From an uncultured virus (IMG/VR IMGVR_UViG_3300031758_000011) (Duplodnaviria; Heunggongvirae; Uroviricota; Caudoviricetes): DNA of 64,000 nt. The stretch is from positions 1 through 64,000 of IMG/VR virus record IMGVR_UViG_3300031758_000011. The stretch is one strand, 5' to 3'. The translations under genes and the position numbers were made by a program. Numbering within the stretch: the first letter of the stretch is position 1; every line of letters starts with the position of its first letter. Positions 1 through 8,950 of this stretch are shown here, in pieces. The notes under the pieces are model-generated. The model searched no databases. It saw only the letters and a list, made by a program, of their open reading frames with translations, and had not been told where the DNA came from.

Positions 1-27
1 GATGTTTTAGATGGTGGTTCATACTAA
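1..27 (+). CDS. 3' end of an upstream structural/fibre gene (partial)
   Basis: Frame 1 reads DVLDGGSY-stop. A DGG(S/T)(Y/F) C-terminus is typical of phage fibre proteins, and a hairpin follows at 57-86. Confidence 0.5.
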   Translation, partial: DVLDGGSY

Positions 28-56
28 AAGATTTACTTTAAAAATATCATAATTAT

Positions 57-94
57 AATATGCACAATTTAACGATTGTGCATATTTATTTTAT
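57..94 (+). terminator. Hairpin, probable intrinsic terminator
   Basis: 12-bp stem AATATGCACAAT / ATTGTGCATATT, loop TTAACG, then a T-rich tract. Confidence 0.6.
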
Positions 95-157
95 AGAGGT
101 TTTATAACCAAAACGCATAACTCTTTATAGAGATTTTTAAGATATACCATTATATAC

Positions 158-2155
158 ATGGCAAATAGAAAGAACACGTTTTTATTAAAACGTTCAAATG
201 TTGCTGGAAAAGTACCAGTAGCTGGCGACTTACAATTAGGTGAATTAGCAATAAACACAGCAGATGTAATATTATTCGCATCTGGAACAACATCAAATTC
301 AATACTTCCAATAGGTTGGGATAGAGTTGCTAGAACTGGTGATACTATGACTGGTTCTTTATACGCCCCAAATATTTCAGCAACAACAATATCTGCCACA
401 ACATATCTTAATTTACCATCAATGAGTAGTTTTTATCTACCTTTGAGTGGTGGAACTGTTTATGGTAACACTATTTTTACTAGTGGGTTAACAGCTAGTA
501 CATTATATACTAGTGTTATAAATTTTGATATAAATTATACTGGTGCAACTGCTGTAGGTTCAATGACTTGGAATAGTACTTTTGGTACTCCGCAAGTTGG
601 TTTAATTGGTGGTAATGTTGTACAAAAGATAGGTGAAACTATATTTTCTTATGTTAGAAATGATGAAGCAACAACTTTGAATAAAGGTGAAGTTGTTTAT
701 ATATTTGGTGCTACTGGTGATAAAATATCGGTAAAAAGAGCTTCAAATACTGGTGATACAACATCTTCAAAAACTTTGGGTGTTGTAGCTGAATCTATTG
801 TAAGTGGTGGTTTGGGATATATTATTACACAAGGTACATTGGATGGGTTGAATCTTGGTTCATACACTGCTGGTGACACTTTATGGTTGGGAGTAACACC
901 TGGTCAAATGACAAATGTAAAACAATATGCTCCAAATCATACTGTTTTTATCGGTGTAGTTCAAAGAGCAAATAATGGTAATGGTCAGTTATATGTATTA
1001 CCTCAAAATGGTTATGAATTAGAAGAATTACATAACGTAATGTCTACTGGTGCTACGTATGGTGATTTGTTGACGTTTAGTGCTTATAACGGTTCTAATG
1101 TTTGGGTAAATTCAAAGACACTTAATGGTTCATATACAATAACTGGTGACACAACTGTTGGTGGTCAATTAAAAGCTACTAGTATTTCAGCAACAACCTA
1201 TCTTAATTTACCTATTGATGTAAGGGTTACTGGTGCTACGTATTCAAATAACACATTTACATACACAAATAATACTGGCGGTACATTTAGCGCATTGTTT
1301 AATACAATGACTGGATTGACGATAACTGGTAATTTAACCGTTACTGGTGGTACTTCATCATTATTTAGTGGTAATGTCGGTATGGGGGTTACTAATCCAG
1401 TCGCACCACTCCATGTAAGAAGTACAGCAATCCCTAGTGATAGAGAAATCATTGCTCAATTTGACGTAAGTGATGATTCATCTTATTTCAGATTTAGTAA
1501 TGCTACTGGTGCTAATAGTAATTTTATCCCAACACTAGAAGGTCATAATTCGAGTGATAAAATTGCTTTGTATTTTGTTGGTGATGGAACAACTGATATA
1601 GGTACGGAATCTTTGATAAGATTTGATGCTAGAATTGGAATAACTCAAGTCATCAACCGACCATTATTCCAATGGAGTAATTATGGTGATGTTAAAATGA
1701 CTATGTTAGCTAACGGTAATGTAGGTATAGGTACAACAACACCTATTGCTAAATTAGATGTTTCTGGTGATGCTAGAATAAGTGGTGGTTTAACTGCAAA
1801 TACAATATCTGCAACAACTTATCAAAATTATCCTAAATCAACACCTTATACTTTAAATAAATCTGAAATTGTAACTGCAACAACAGTTAGTGATAATTTT
1901 AATACTGGAATCAGAATTAGTGGTTCGCCAATTAGTAATAGTTATGTTGGTGTAGCGATAAATGGATTGAATGTTGAAGTTGGTGATGGAGTAACAACAA
2001 AAGATTGTTATTTTTCATCTGATGGTACTTCTGGTGGTGTAAGAAATTTTAGTGGTATAACAACTGGTGATTATTTTATGTGGAATACTACTATTTCAGA
2101 ATATGATTTAGATTCTAATGATATAATTTCGTTTTACTATAATATATTAGTATAA
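158..2155 (+). CDS. Tail fibre or virion fibre protein
   Basis: N-terminal LKRSNVAGKVP..DLQLGELAINTAD matches the Mtd_N-like fibre attachment motif. The protein is Thr/Gly-rich, with GNVGIGTTTP..KLDVSG beta-repeats and ISATTYxNLP repeats. Confidence 0.75.
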   Translation: MANRKNTFLLKRSNVAGKVPVAGDLQLGELAINTADVILFASGTTSNSILPIGWDRVARTGDTMTGSLYAPNISATTISATTYLNLPSMSSFYLPLSGGTVYGNTIFTSGLTASTLYTSVINFDINYTGATAVGSMTWNSTFGTPQVGLIGGNVVQKIGETIFSYVRNDEATTLNKGEVVYIFGATGDKISVKRASNTGDTTSSKTLGVVAESIVSGGLGYIITQGTLDGLNLGSYTAGDTLWLGVTPGQMTNVKQYAPNHTVFIGVVQRANNGNGQLYVLPQNGYELEELHNVMSTGATYGDLLTFSAYNGSNVWVNSKTLNGSYTITGDTTVGGQLKATSISATTYLNLPIDVRVTGATYSNNTFTYTNNTGGTFSALFNTMTGLTITGNLTVTGGTSSLFSGNVGMGVTNPVAPLHVRSTAIPSDREIIAQFDVSDDSSYFRFSNATGANSNFIPTLEGHNSSDKIALYFVGDGTTDIGTESLIRFDARIGITQVINRPLFQWSNYGDVKMTMLANGNVGIGTTTPIAKLDVSGDARISGGLTANTISATTYQNYPKSTPYTLNKSEIVTATTVSDNFNTGIRISGSPISNSYVGVAINGLNVEVGDGVTTKDCYFSSDGTSGGVRNFSGITTGDYFMWNTTISEYDLDSNDIISFYYNILV

Positions 2156-2213
2156 ATAATAAAACATTTAAAAAATAATAAGTATTTATATAAAAAATAA
2201 AGATTAATATATC

Positions 2214-3308
2214 ATGAGCAGAATAAAAATTAAACAAATACAAGGAATAGATAATTTAAGTTTTTACGTTAAAAGTAGTGGTAATACTATTAATAATGTC
2301 ATAAATGCTTTATATACTAACACTATTTCTGCAACAACATATTACAATTTACCTACTGATATTTTTGTTTCTGGTGGTACTTATGACAATACTATTGGAG
2401 TTGCTACTTTTACAAACAATACTGGAGGTACGTTTAACGTAACTGGTTTTAGTACTAATAGTTCGACATTTAGTGGTGGTACTATCACTGGTCCAACTAA
2501 TTTCATTAATGGTCTTACAGCAAACACGATATCAGCAACAACAATAACTGCTGATATTGTAAATACTTTTATACCAGAATTATCACCTAATGAAATTTAT
2601 AGAGGTGTTATTTTTAGTAATAACTCTACTACAGTAACAACTTTCGGTGGTGTTACTATGGGTACGACAGCATCAAACTTGGCTCAATCTGTTGCATCAA
2701 CTAATTTTGCAAGTAAACAAATACGTTTGAGATATTATGCAACGGTTGTTTCAACTGGTAGATATACTGGTACTAGAGGTTCTGCTTTGTTGTGGTTTAT
2801 AGGTGGTGGATTTAGATATGTTTGTGATTTTAATATATCAGATACTGCTTTTGCAAGTACTTGTCAACAATTTTATGGGTTAGCTGGTCAGACAACTGAT
2901 TTGGCTTATGGTGGTGTTGGTTTAACACAAGTAAGTACTTTAACTAACTTAATAGGTCTAGGTAATGATGGTGCTGATACTAACTTACAAATAATCCATA
3001 ATAATTCTGGTGGTACTGCAACTAAAATTGATTTGGGTGTTAATTTTCCAGCTAACAGAACTGCTGGTTCAGCATCAACAACTGTTTATAGTTTAACATT
3101 ATATAACGAACCATCATCAAATAATGTTAAATATATGGTTATTAACAATGAAACTGGTGCTATAGCTATGGGTACAATAACGACAAATTTACCAGAACCA
3201 ACACAAGGGTTAAACTTCTTTGCAAGTAGAGCCATGGGTGGTGGTGGTGGTGTTACCAACTCTGGTCAATTTGATTTATTAAAATTAGGTGTTAATTCAT
3301 TATTATAA
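2214..3308 (+). CDS. Virion fibre or structural protein
   Basis: Thr/Gly/Asn-rich 364 aa. It shares the ISATTYxNLP..TNNTGGTF module with the upstream fibre gene. Confidence 0.6.
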   Translation: MSRIKIKQIQGIDNLSFYVKSSGNTINNVINALYTNTISATTYYNLPTDIFVSGGTYDNTIGVATFTNNTGGTFNVTGFSTNSSTFSGGTITGPTNFINGLTANTISATTITADIVNTFIPELSPNEIYRGVIFSNNSTTVTTFGGVTMGTTASNLAQSVASTNFASKQIRLRYYATVVSTGRYTGTRGSALLWFIGGGFRYVCDFNISDTAFASTCQQFYGLAGQTTDLAYGGVGLTQVSTLTNLIGLGNDGADTNLQIIHNNSGGTATKIDLGVNFPANRTAGSASTTVYSLTLYNEPSSNNVKYMVINNETGAIAMGTITTNLPEPTQGLNFFASRAMGGGGGVTNSGQFDLLKLGVNSLL

Positions 3309-3312
3309 TATT

Positions 3313-3555
3313 ATGGAAAAATTTACATTAACTGCAACATATTCAATTGGTAATAATTTAGAAGCGAATGTTTGTTTAAGACCTTCTAGTGATTTAATTG
3401 ATGATTATATCTCAACATATCGAGTATATACAAATGAAGAAGAAGCATTGATAAACACACCTTTTTTAATTGAAGAGATGACACCATTGTTATTTCAAGA
3501 ATTCAAAGAAATGAGTAATGTTCCTATTGAAATAAGAGACCAATTCGAATTGTGA
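3313..3555 (+). CDS. Small acidic protein, possibly a fibre assembly chaperone
   Basis: ATG at 3313 lies just after the upstream stop, giving 80 aa. The function is inferred only from position after the fibre genes. Confidence 0.55.
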   Translation: MEKFTLTATYSIGNNLEANVCLRPSSDLIDDYISTYRVYTNEEEALINTPFLIEEMTPLLFQEFKEMSNVPIEIRDQFEL

Positions 3556-3708
3556 TTAATCTTCGTCATATAACCCTTTTTTAGGTTGACACTTATCACG
3601 AATCAATTTTTCAACAAAAGCAAACATTTTTAACCCATTTTCTTCACAGTATTGTTTTAACATTTCGTGCGTTTTTGGTGTAATTTTCAAGTTTTTGTCT
3701 CGTTTCAT
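3556..3708 (-). CDS. Ribbon-helix-helix (CopG/Arc-like) DNA-binding protein, 50 aa, not in the ORF track
   Basis: The minus strand reads MKRDKNLKITPKTHEMLKQYCEENGLKMFAFVEKLIRDKCQPKKGLYDED*. It has an alternating beta-strand (KNLKI), a helix, a G turn and a second helix, which is the RHH pattern. Confidence 0.75.
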   Translation of the reverse strand: MKRDKNLKITPKTHEMLKQYCEENGLKMFAFVEKLIRDKCQPKKGLYDED

Positions 3709-3723
3709 AAGTCTTTTTCTTAT

Positions 3724-3755
3724 AAGTATGATAAAAGTATGATAAAATTCATACT
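3724..3755. promoter_or_regulatory. Candidate operator: tandem 11-mer plus inverted half-site
   Basis: AAGTATGATAA occurs at 3724-3734 and 3735-3745. TCATACT at 3749-3755 is the reverse complement of AGTATGA. The site lies between the RHH gene and the sheath gene. Confidence 0.5.
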
Positions 3756-3851
3756 AATTTATATTTATATTTTTAATTGGCTCTACTTTTGAAAAAAAGT
3801 TAATATTTATAATAAAACGATAAATAATAACATAAAACAAAAAACAAAATT

Positions 3852-6650
3852 ATGCCAAATAAAGTATTTGTAAGTCCAGGGGTTTATACATCTGAAAAAG
3901 ACTTATCTTTTGTAACTAGTCAAATAGGTGTGACTACGTTAGGGTTAGTTGGTGAGACAACTATTGGACCAGCGTTTCAACCTATTTTTATCGACAGTTA
4001 TGATAATTTTAGAAAATTTTTTGGTGGTTTAAATGCTACAAAAGTTAAAGATAACAACGCTCCTTTATATGAGTTACCATATATCGCAAAAGAATATTTA
4101 TCTCAATCAAATCAATTATTCGTAACAAGAGTATTAGGATTATCTGGTTTTGAAGCTGGACAAGCTTGGGGTATTACTTTAGACGCAGCTTTGGATGAGT
4201 CAACTACTGCTGCAACAACTACTACAACATATAACGCTGCTACTCCATTAATAAGATTTACAGCTACATCAGCAAACACTAACGTAACAATAGTTAGTAA
4301 TGACCCATTGTTACAACAAATAATTAATAGTGGTGATTTAGACGATACATTAGCAACAATTTCACAAGGTCCAACTGGTTCTACTTATGATGTTACTGGT
4401 AACATTAAAACTAGTGGTACCTTTAGTGGTTTAACTACAACTATGTATCTTAATAATTTAACTGCTGTTGGTGCATTCATTACTGGTACTACAACTGGTA
4501 TTACTGTTCATTATTCTGGTACTGGTTATTCAGACGCTGAAGATAAATTAGTTGTGTTATTACGTTCTAGAGGTGGTATTAATGTTGATACTCAATTACC
4601 ATCATATGAAATTACTGGAACAACAAATGGTCCTCTTTTCAACCCTTCAGTAACTGATGCTGCGCTTGACCCATTAGCTGAATTTGCATTATCTGGTAAA
4701 TCTAATATTCAAGGTAATTTCAACTATACGTTATCATTAGATAACACTAAGAAAAGTTATTTACCAAAAGTATTGGGTAGAACAAATAGTGATGGTAAAG
4801 CTGCAATATTTGCCGAAGAATTTTTTGAACAAATGTTTGATACATTAAATAACGCTGGTAAAATCAGAGGTATTAATTTAACTACTATAAATTACGCTAA
4901 CTCATTTAATGATTACAAACAAGAATACAAACCAGCTGTTACACCATATGTTGTTTCTGAGTTACGTGGTACTAAAGTATTAAGATTATTCAGATTCTGG
5001 ACAATTTCTGATGGTAACGCTGCTAATGAACAATTTAAAATTTCTATTAGAAACGTTAAATTAGATACAAAAGAATTTGATGTTGTAATTAGAGCTTTTA
5101 ATGATAATGATACTCAACCAACTGTATTAGAATCATTCTCAAAAGTGACTATGGACCCAACTTCTGTTAACTATATTGCTAGAAGAATTGGTACATTAGA
5201 TGGTAACTTCCCTTCAAAATCAAGTTTTATATTGATTGAAATGGATGATACTAATAACACTTCAGATGCTTTCCCAGCTGGTTTTGTTGGTTATCCAATG
5301 AGAAATTATCAAGCAGCAAGTAATACTGGTGTTGTTTCACCTAACTTACTATATCAAACTGCTTATGGTGCTTTTGATACTTCATCTCAAATAGCTAAAA
5401 AATATTTAGGTTTATCTGATTTAGTAGGTATTGACGCTGATTTCTTTGACCATAAAGGTGTTGAATTTAGTGCATTAACAAAAGGTTTTCACATGGACTT
5501 AGATGCTGCTTCAGTATCAATTGATAACGAAACTTTCTCTTTCGAAGTTGGTGACGCTCAATTTAGAAGTGAGGCTGGTGTATTAGGTACTAAATATGAA
5601 AAACTTAGAGCTCGTAAATTTACATTTGCACCTTACGGTGGTTTTGATGGATGGGATATTTACAGAACTAGAAGAAGTAATTTAGATTCTTTCTTAATAA
5701 ACGGTACATTAGGTAGTAAAGGTAAATTAAGTGGTGCGTTTAAAACTAGAACTTTATATAACGGTGACGCTGCTATAAACTCTGATTACTACGCATTCTT
5801 AGAAGGTATTTGGACATTTAGAAACCCAGAAGCTGTTAACATCAACGTGTTTGCAACTCCAGGTATTGATGTAATGGATAATGGTAACTTAGTTGAAGAA
5901 GCAATCGATATGATTGAAAACGATAGAGCTGACTCATTATACATTGTTACAACTCCAGATACTGAATCTGATGGTGTAACCCCAATGGCTGCTACTGATA
6001 TCGCTGATTTCTTAGATGGTACTTTTGACAGTAACTACACATGTACTTACTGGCCATGGATTCAAGTAGATGACACTGAAAATAATGTTTATGTTTGGAT
6101 GCCAGCAACAAGAGATGTTGTTAGAAACGTAGCGTTTACAGATAAGAAAACAGCTCCATGGTATGCAGTAGCTGGTATCGAAAGAGGTGGTGTTAATGCA
6201 GTACAAGCTAGAAAGAAATTAACATTAGAAGAAAGAGATGTTCTTTATGAAGCAAGAATTAACCCAATTGCTACTTTCACAACAGATGGTATCAAAATCT
6301 GGGGTAACAAAACACTTCAAATCAAAGATACAGCTCTTAACAGAATCAATGTTAGAAGATTGTTATTACAAGCAAGAAAACTTATTTCTGCTGTTTCTAT
6401 CAGATTATTATTTGAGCAAAACGATGCAGCTGTAAGAAACCAATTCTTATCACTTGTAAACCCAATCTTAGACAGTATTAGAAGTCAAAGAGGTTTATAC
6501 GATTTCCGTGTTGTTTTATCAAACGACCCAGAAGATTTCGATAGAAACCAATTAACTGGTCAAATATTCTTGAAACCAACAAGAGCATTAGAGTTCATTC
6601 AATTAGAATTCGTAATTATGAATACTGGTGCATCATTTGACAATGTATAA
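3852..6650 (+). CDS. Tail sheath protein (T4 gp18-like)
   Basis: N-terminal FVSPGVYTSEKD and GLVGETTIGPAFQP; C-terminal PWYAVAGIERG, IWGNKTLQ..ALNRINVRRLL and LKPTRALEFIQLEF are sheath hallmarks. Confidence 0.95.
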   Translation: MPNKVFVSPGVYTSEKDLSFVTSQIGVTTLGLVGETTIGPAFQPIFIDSYDNFRKFFGGLNATKVKDNNAPLYELPYIAKEYLSQSNQLFVTRVLGLSGFEAGQAWGITLDAALDESTTAATTTTTYNAATPLIRFTATSANTNVTIVSNDPLLQQIINSGDLDDTLATISQGPTGSTYDVTGNIKTSGTFSGLTTTMYLNNLTAVGAFITGTTTGITVHYSGTGYSDAEDKLVVLLRSRGGINVDTQLPSYEITGTTNGPLFNPSVTDAALDPLAEFALSGKSNIQGNFNYTLSLDNTKKSYLPKVLGRTNSDGKAAIFAEEFFEQMFDTLNNAGKIRGINLTTINYANSFNDYKQEYKPAVTPYVVSELRGTKVLRLFRFWTISDGNAANEQFKISIRNVKLDTKEFDVVIRAFNDNDTQPTVLESFSKVTMDPTSVNYIARRIGTLDGNFPSKSSFILIEMDDTNNTSDAFPAGFVGYPMRNYQAASNTGVVSPNLLYQTAYGAFDTSSQIAKKYLGLSDLVGIDADFFDHKGVEFSALTKGFHMDLDAASVSIDNETFSFEVGDAQFRSEAGVLGTKYEKLRARKFTFAPYGGFDGWDIYRTRRSNLDSFLINGTLGSKGKLSGAFKTRTLYNGDAAINSDYYAFLEGIWTFRNPEAVNINVFATPGIDVMDNGNLVEEAIDMIENDRADSLYIVTTPDTESDGVTPMAATDIADFLDGTFDSNYTCTYWPWIQVDDTENNVYVWMPATRDVVRNVAFTDKKTAPWYAVAGIERGGVNAVQARKKLTLEERDVLYEARINPIATFTTDGIKIWGNKTLQIKDTALNRINVRRLLLQARKLISAVSIRLLFEQNDAAVRNQFLSLVNPILDSIRSQRGLYDFRVVLSNDPEDFDRNQLTGQIFLKPTRALEFIQLEFVIMNTGASFDNV

Positions 6651-6672
6651 CCAAAATTAAAAATAAAGCAAG

Positions 6673-6697
6673 AAAGCTCTCATCTGAGAGCTTTTTT
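6673..6697 (+). terminator. Intrinsic terminator
   Basis: AAAGCTCTC-ATCT-GAGAGCTTT followed by a T-run, after the sheath gene. Confidence 0.85.
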
Positions 6698-6719
6698 GTT
6701 TTTATAGATATTTATTATT

Positions 6720-7115
6720 ATGAAGGTAATTAAAATAACGTTAGAGCAATTTAATAGATTAATTTTAAAGGAAGCTGAAAATAAAAAAGTGGAATTTAAT
6801 TTTAATGTTGAAATGATTTTAGCTATGGGTAAAATCTTAGGATTAAACTTAAAAAATTACAATCTAGAAATAGCAAATAATGAATTAAAAAAGGAATCAA
6901 CTTATACTAAAATAAAATCTATTTTGGATGATAAAGAAGACTTGAATAAAATAATTGAAGACTTGAAAAACAAAGGTTTAATTAGCGCTGATAAAAAATT
7001 TATCTATGATGCTGAGAAGATTGTAACTAATTTTAATTCAAATGCTAAAGAAAACGGTTTTGATTGTAAACTTAAACATTCTGAACTGATTAATAATATT
7101 TTAAAAAATAAGTAA
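6720..7115 (+). CDS. Hypothetical protein, possible internal virion protein
   Basis: 131-aa ORF. Its N-terminal IKITLEQFNRL motif is shared with the ORF at 10532. Confidence 0.65.
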   Translation: MKVIKITLEQFNRLILKEAENKKVEFNFNVEMILAMGKILGLNLKNYNLEIANNELKKESTYTKIKSILDDKEDLNKIIEDLKNKGLISADKKFIYDAEKIVTNFNSNAKENGFDCKLKHSELINNILKNK

Positions 7116-7208
7116 AAAATATAGATAAAATTGAAAAATTTTTCATAATTAACATATTTATTTATAAAAAACAACAAATAATAAAACTAAATAAAAAACT
7201 AGAACATT

Positions 7209-7697
7209 ATGGCTGATTTATTGATGAAAATGCCCTTACCATACGAACCTAAGAAAAAGAATCGTTGGTTATTAACTTTCCCAGCAGATTTAGGTATCCA
7301 ACAATGGTGGTTATCAACTGCTTCTAGACCTTCAATCACACAGAACGAAGTTGAGATTCCTTTCTTAAATACTTCAACATGGGTTATTGGTCGTTTTACA
7401 TGGGAATCGATTGACGTTACATTCCGTGACCCAATTGGTCCTTCAGCAGCTCAAGCTATTATGGAATGGGTTCGTTTACACTCAGAATCTATTACTGGTC
7501 GTCAAGGTTATGCTGCTGGTTACAAACGTCCAGTTGACTTAGAATTACTTGACCCAACTGGGGTTGTTATCGAGAAATGGTTATTAGATGGGACAATGTT
7601 AACAAACGTATCATTTGGTGACTTAGGGATGGATGATGACGGTATCGCTGAGATTACTGCAACATTACGTTTTGACAGAGCAATCTTATTATTCTGA
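7209..7697 (+). CDS. Tail tube protein (T4 gp19-like)
   Basis: 162 aa after the sheath, with EPKKKNRW, GRFTWESIDVTFRD and EITATLRFDRA, a typical tube pattern. Confidence 0.9.
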   Translation: MADLLMKMPLPYEPKKKNRWLLTFPADLGIQQWWLSTASRPSITQNEVEIPFLNTSTWVIGRFTWESIDVTFRDPIGPSAAQAIMEWVRLHSESITGRQGYAAGYKRPVDLELLDPTGVVIEKWLLDGTMLTNVSFGDLGMDDDGIAEITATLRFDRAILLF

Positions 7698-7726
7698 TTT
7701 TTAATTAAAATAGCTTTATCAAAAGC

Positions 7727-7757
7727 TTGACTTGTAAGAATTCTTTTAGTATATTTG
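7727..7757 (+). promoter_or_regulatory. Host-type (early/middle) promoter of the homing endonuclease
   Basis: TTGACT-N17-TATATT. TATATTTG at 7750-7757 also fits the Bacteroidota -7 consensus TAnnTTTG. Confidence 0.6.
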
Positions 7758-7790
7758 TATTAAATTATGAATATATTAAAAGAATTTTTA
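7735..7790 (+). promoter_or_regulatory. 21-bp RNA hairpin immediately upstream of the endonuclease start codon
   Basis: TAAGAATTCTTTTAGTATATT (7735-7755) pairs with AATATATTAAAAGAATTTTTA (7770-7790), with two G-U pairs. Confidence 0.65.
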
Positions 7791-7794
7791 TTTT

Positions 7795-8682
7795 ATGGTA
7801 ATATGTAAAGAATGTGAACGTGAGTTTGATAATTTGGATTCATTGAGAAGACATCGAACCCAAAAACATGGTGTTAATGCTGAACAAACATATATTGATT
7901 ATATTTTAAGTGGGGTTAAACCAACATGTAAATGTGGTTGTGGTGAATCAGTTAAGTTTTTATCTATTGAAAAAGGTTTTGTTGATTACATTAGAGGACA
8001 TGTTGCTAGGGTTAATAATAATTGGGGACACAATAAAGAAGTATTAAGAAAATCACATGAAACACAAAAAAAGATGCATGCATCTGGTGATTTAAAAATA
8101 TGGAATAAAGGTTTAACTATTGATGATTCAAGGGTGAAAGATAATATTGATAAGGTAATGTCAAACCAAAACCGTGGTATTAATATTTCAAAAAAACTTA
8201 AAGGTGTCCCAAAATCTCAAGAACATAAATTAAAAATACAAGAAGCTTCAGAATTAAGATGGTCTAATCCAGACGAAAGAGAAAAACAATCACATAGGTT
8301 AATAGAAAGATTGATTAAAAATAATTATAAAAATAAAAAGACTAAATTAGAAGTTACATTTCAAACATTTCTAGAAATTTTAGGTTTAATTGAAAAAAAA
8401 GATTTTACATACCAAAAACAAGTGTCATCAGCTTTATTTGATTTTTATATACACAACTCTAATTTATTAATTGAGGTTGATGGTGATTTTCACCATTGTA
8501 ATCCTAATAGTATCCATAAAATACCGACTTTTCCAATACAAATAAAAACAGTCGGTAATGATTATAGAAAAAATTTGATAGCTGAAGAGAAGGGATTCAA
8601 ATTATTAAGATTTTGGGAAAGTGATATTAAAAATAAACCAGAAGAAATTATGAGTATTTTAAGAAAAGAATTAGGTTTATGA
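7795..8682 (+). mobile_element. Free-standing homing endonuclease (C2H2 zinc finger, CxCGC, NUMOD3-like, Vsr/DUF559 nuclease)
   Basis: CKECEREF..LRRH..QKH; CKCGCG; KGVPKSQEHKLKI; catalytic-type LLIEVDGDFHH..LLRFWESDI. It is inserted in the tail operon with its own promoter. Confidence 0.8.
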
Positions 8683-8721
8683 TATTTATTATTAAATAAC
8701 ATAAAATTAATAAATAAAAAT

Positions 8722-8835
8722 ATGGCAAAAGCTAGAAAAGAAGGTAAACCTAAGAAAAATAGAGGTAACTTAGTTAAGCGTTTAAATATGATTGCTAAGA
8801 ATCAAGAACTAATAAAAGAATACGAAAATAAATAA
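8722..8835 (+). CDS. Small basic protein, 37 aa, not in the ORF track
   Basis: MAKARKEGKPKKNRGNLVKRLNMIAKNQELIKEYENK*. It has a TATTTAT motif at 8683, an A-rich leader and its own terminator. Confidence 0.7.
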   Translation: MAKARKEGKPKKNRGNLVKRLNMIAKNQELIKEYENK

Positions 8836-8836
8836 T

Positions 8837-8864
8837 AAAAAACCACTTTAACGAGTGGTTTTTT
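8837..8864 (+). terminator. Intrinsic terminator, possibly bidirectional
   Basis: AAAAAACCACT-TTAACG-AGTGGTTTTTT. Confidence 0.85.
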
Positions 8865-8950
8865 AATTTTACATAGTTTCTATTTACAAAAAAACTTATT
8901 AACATATATTTATTTTTAAAGTTATAACGAAATAAATAAGTTTTTCAAAT

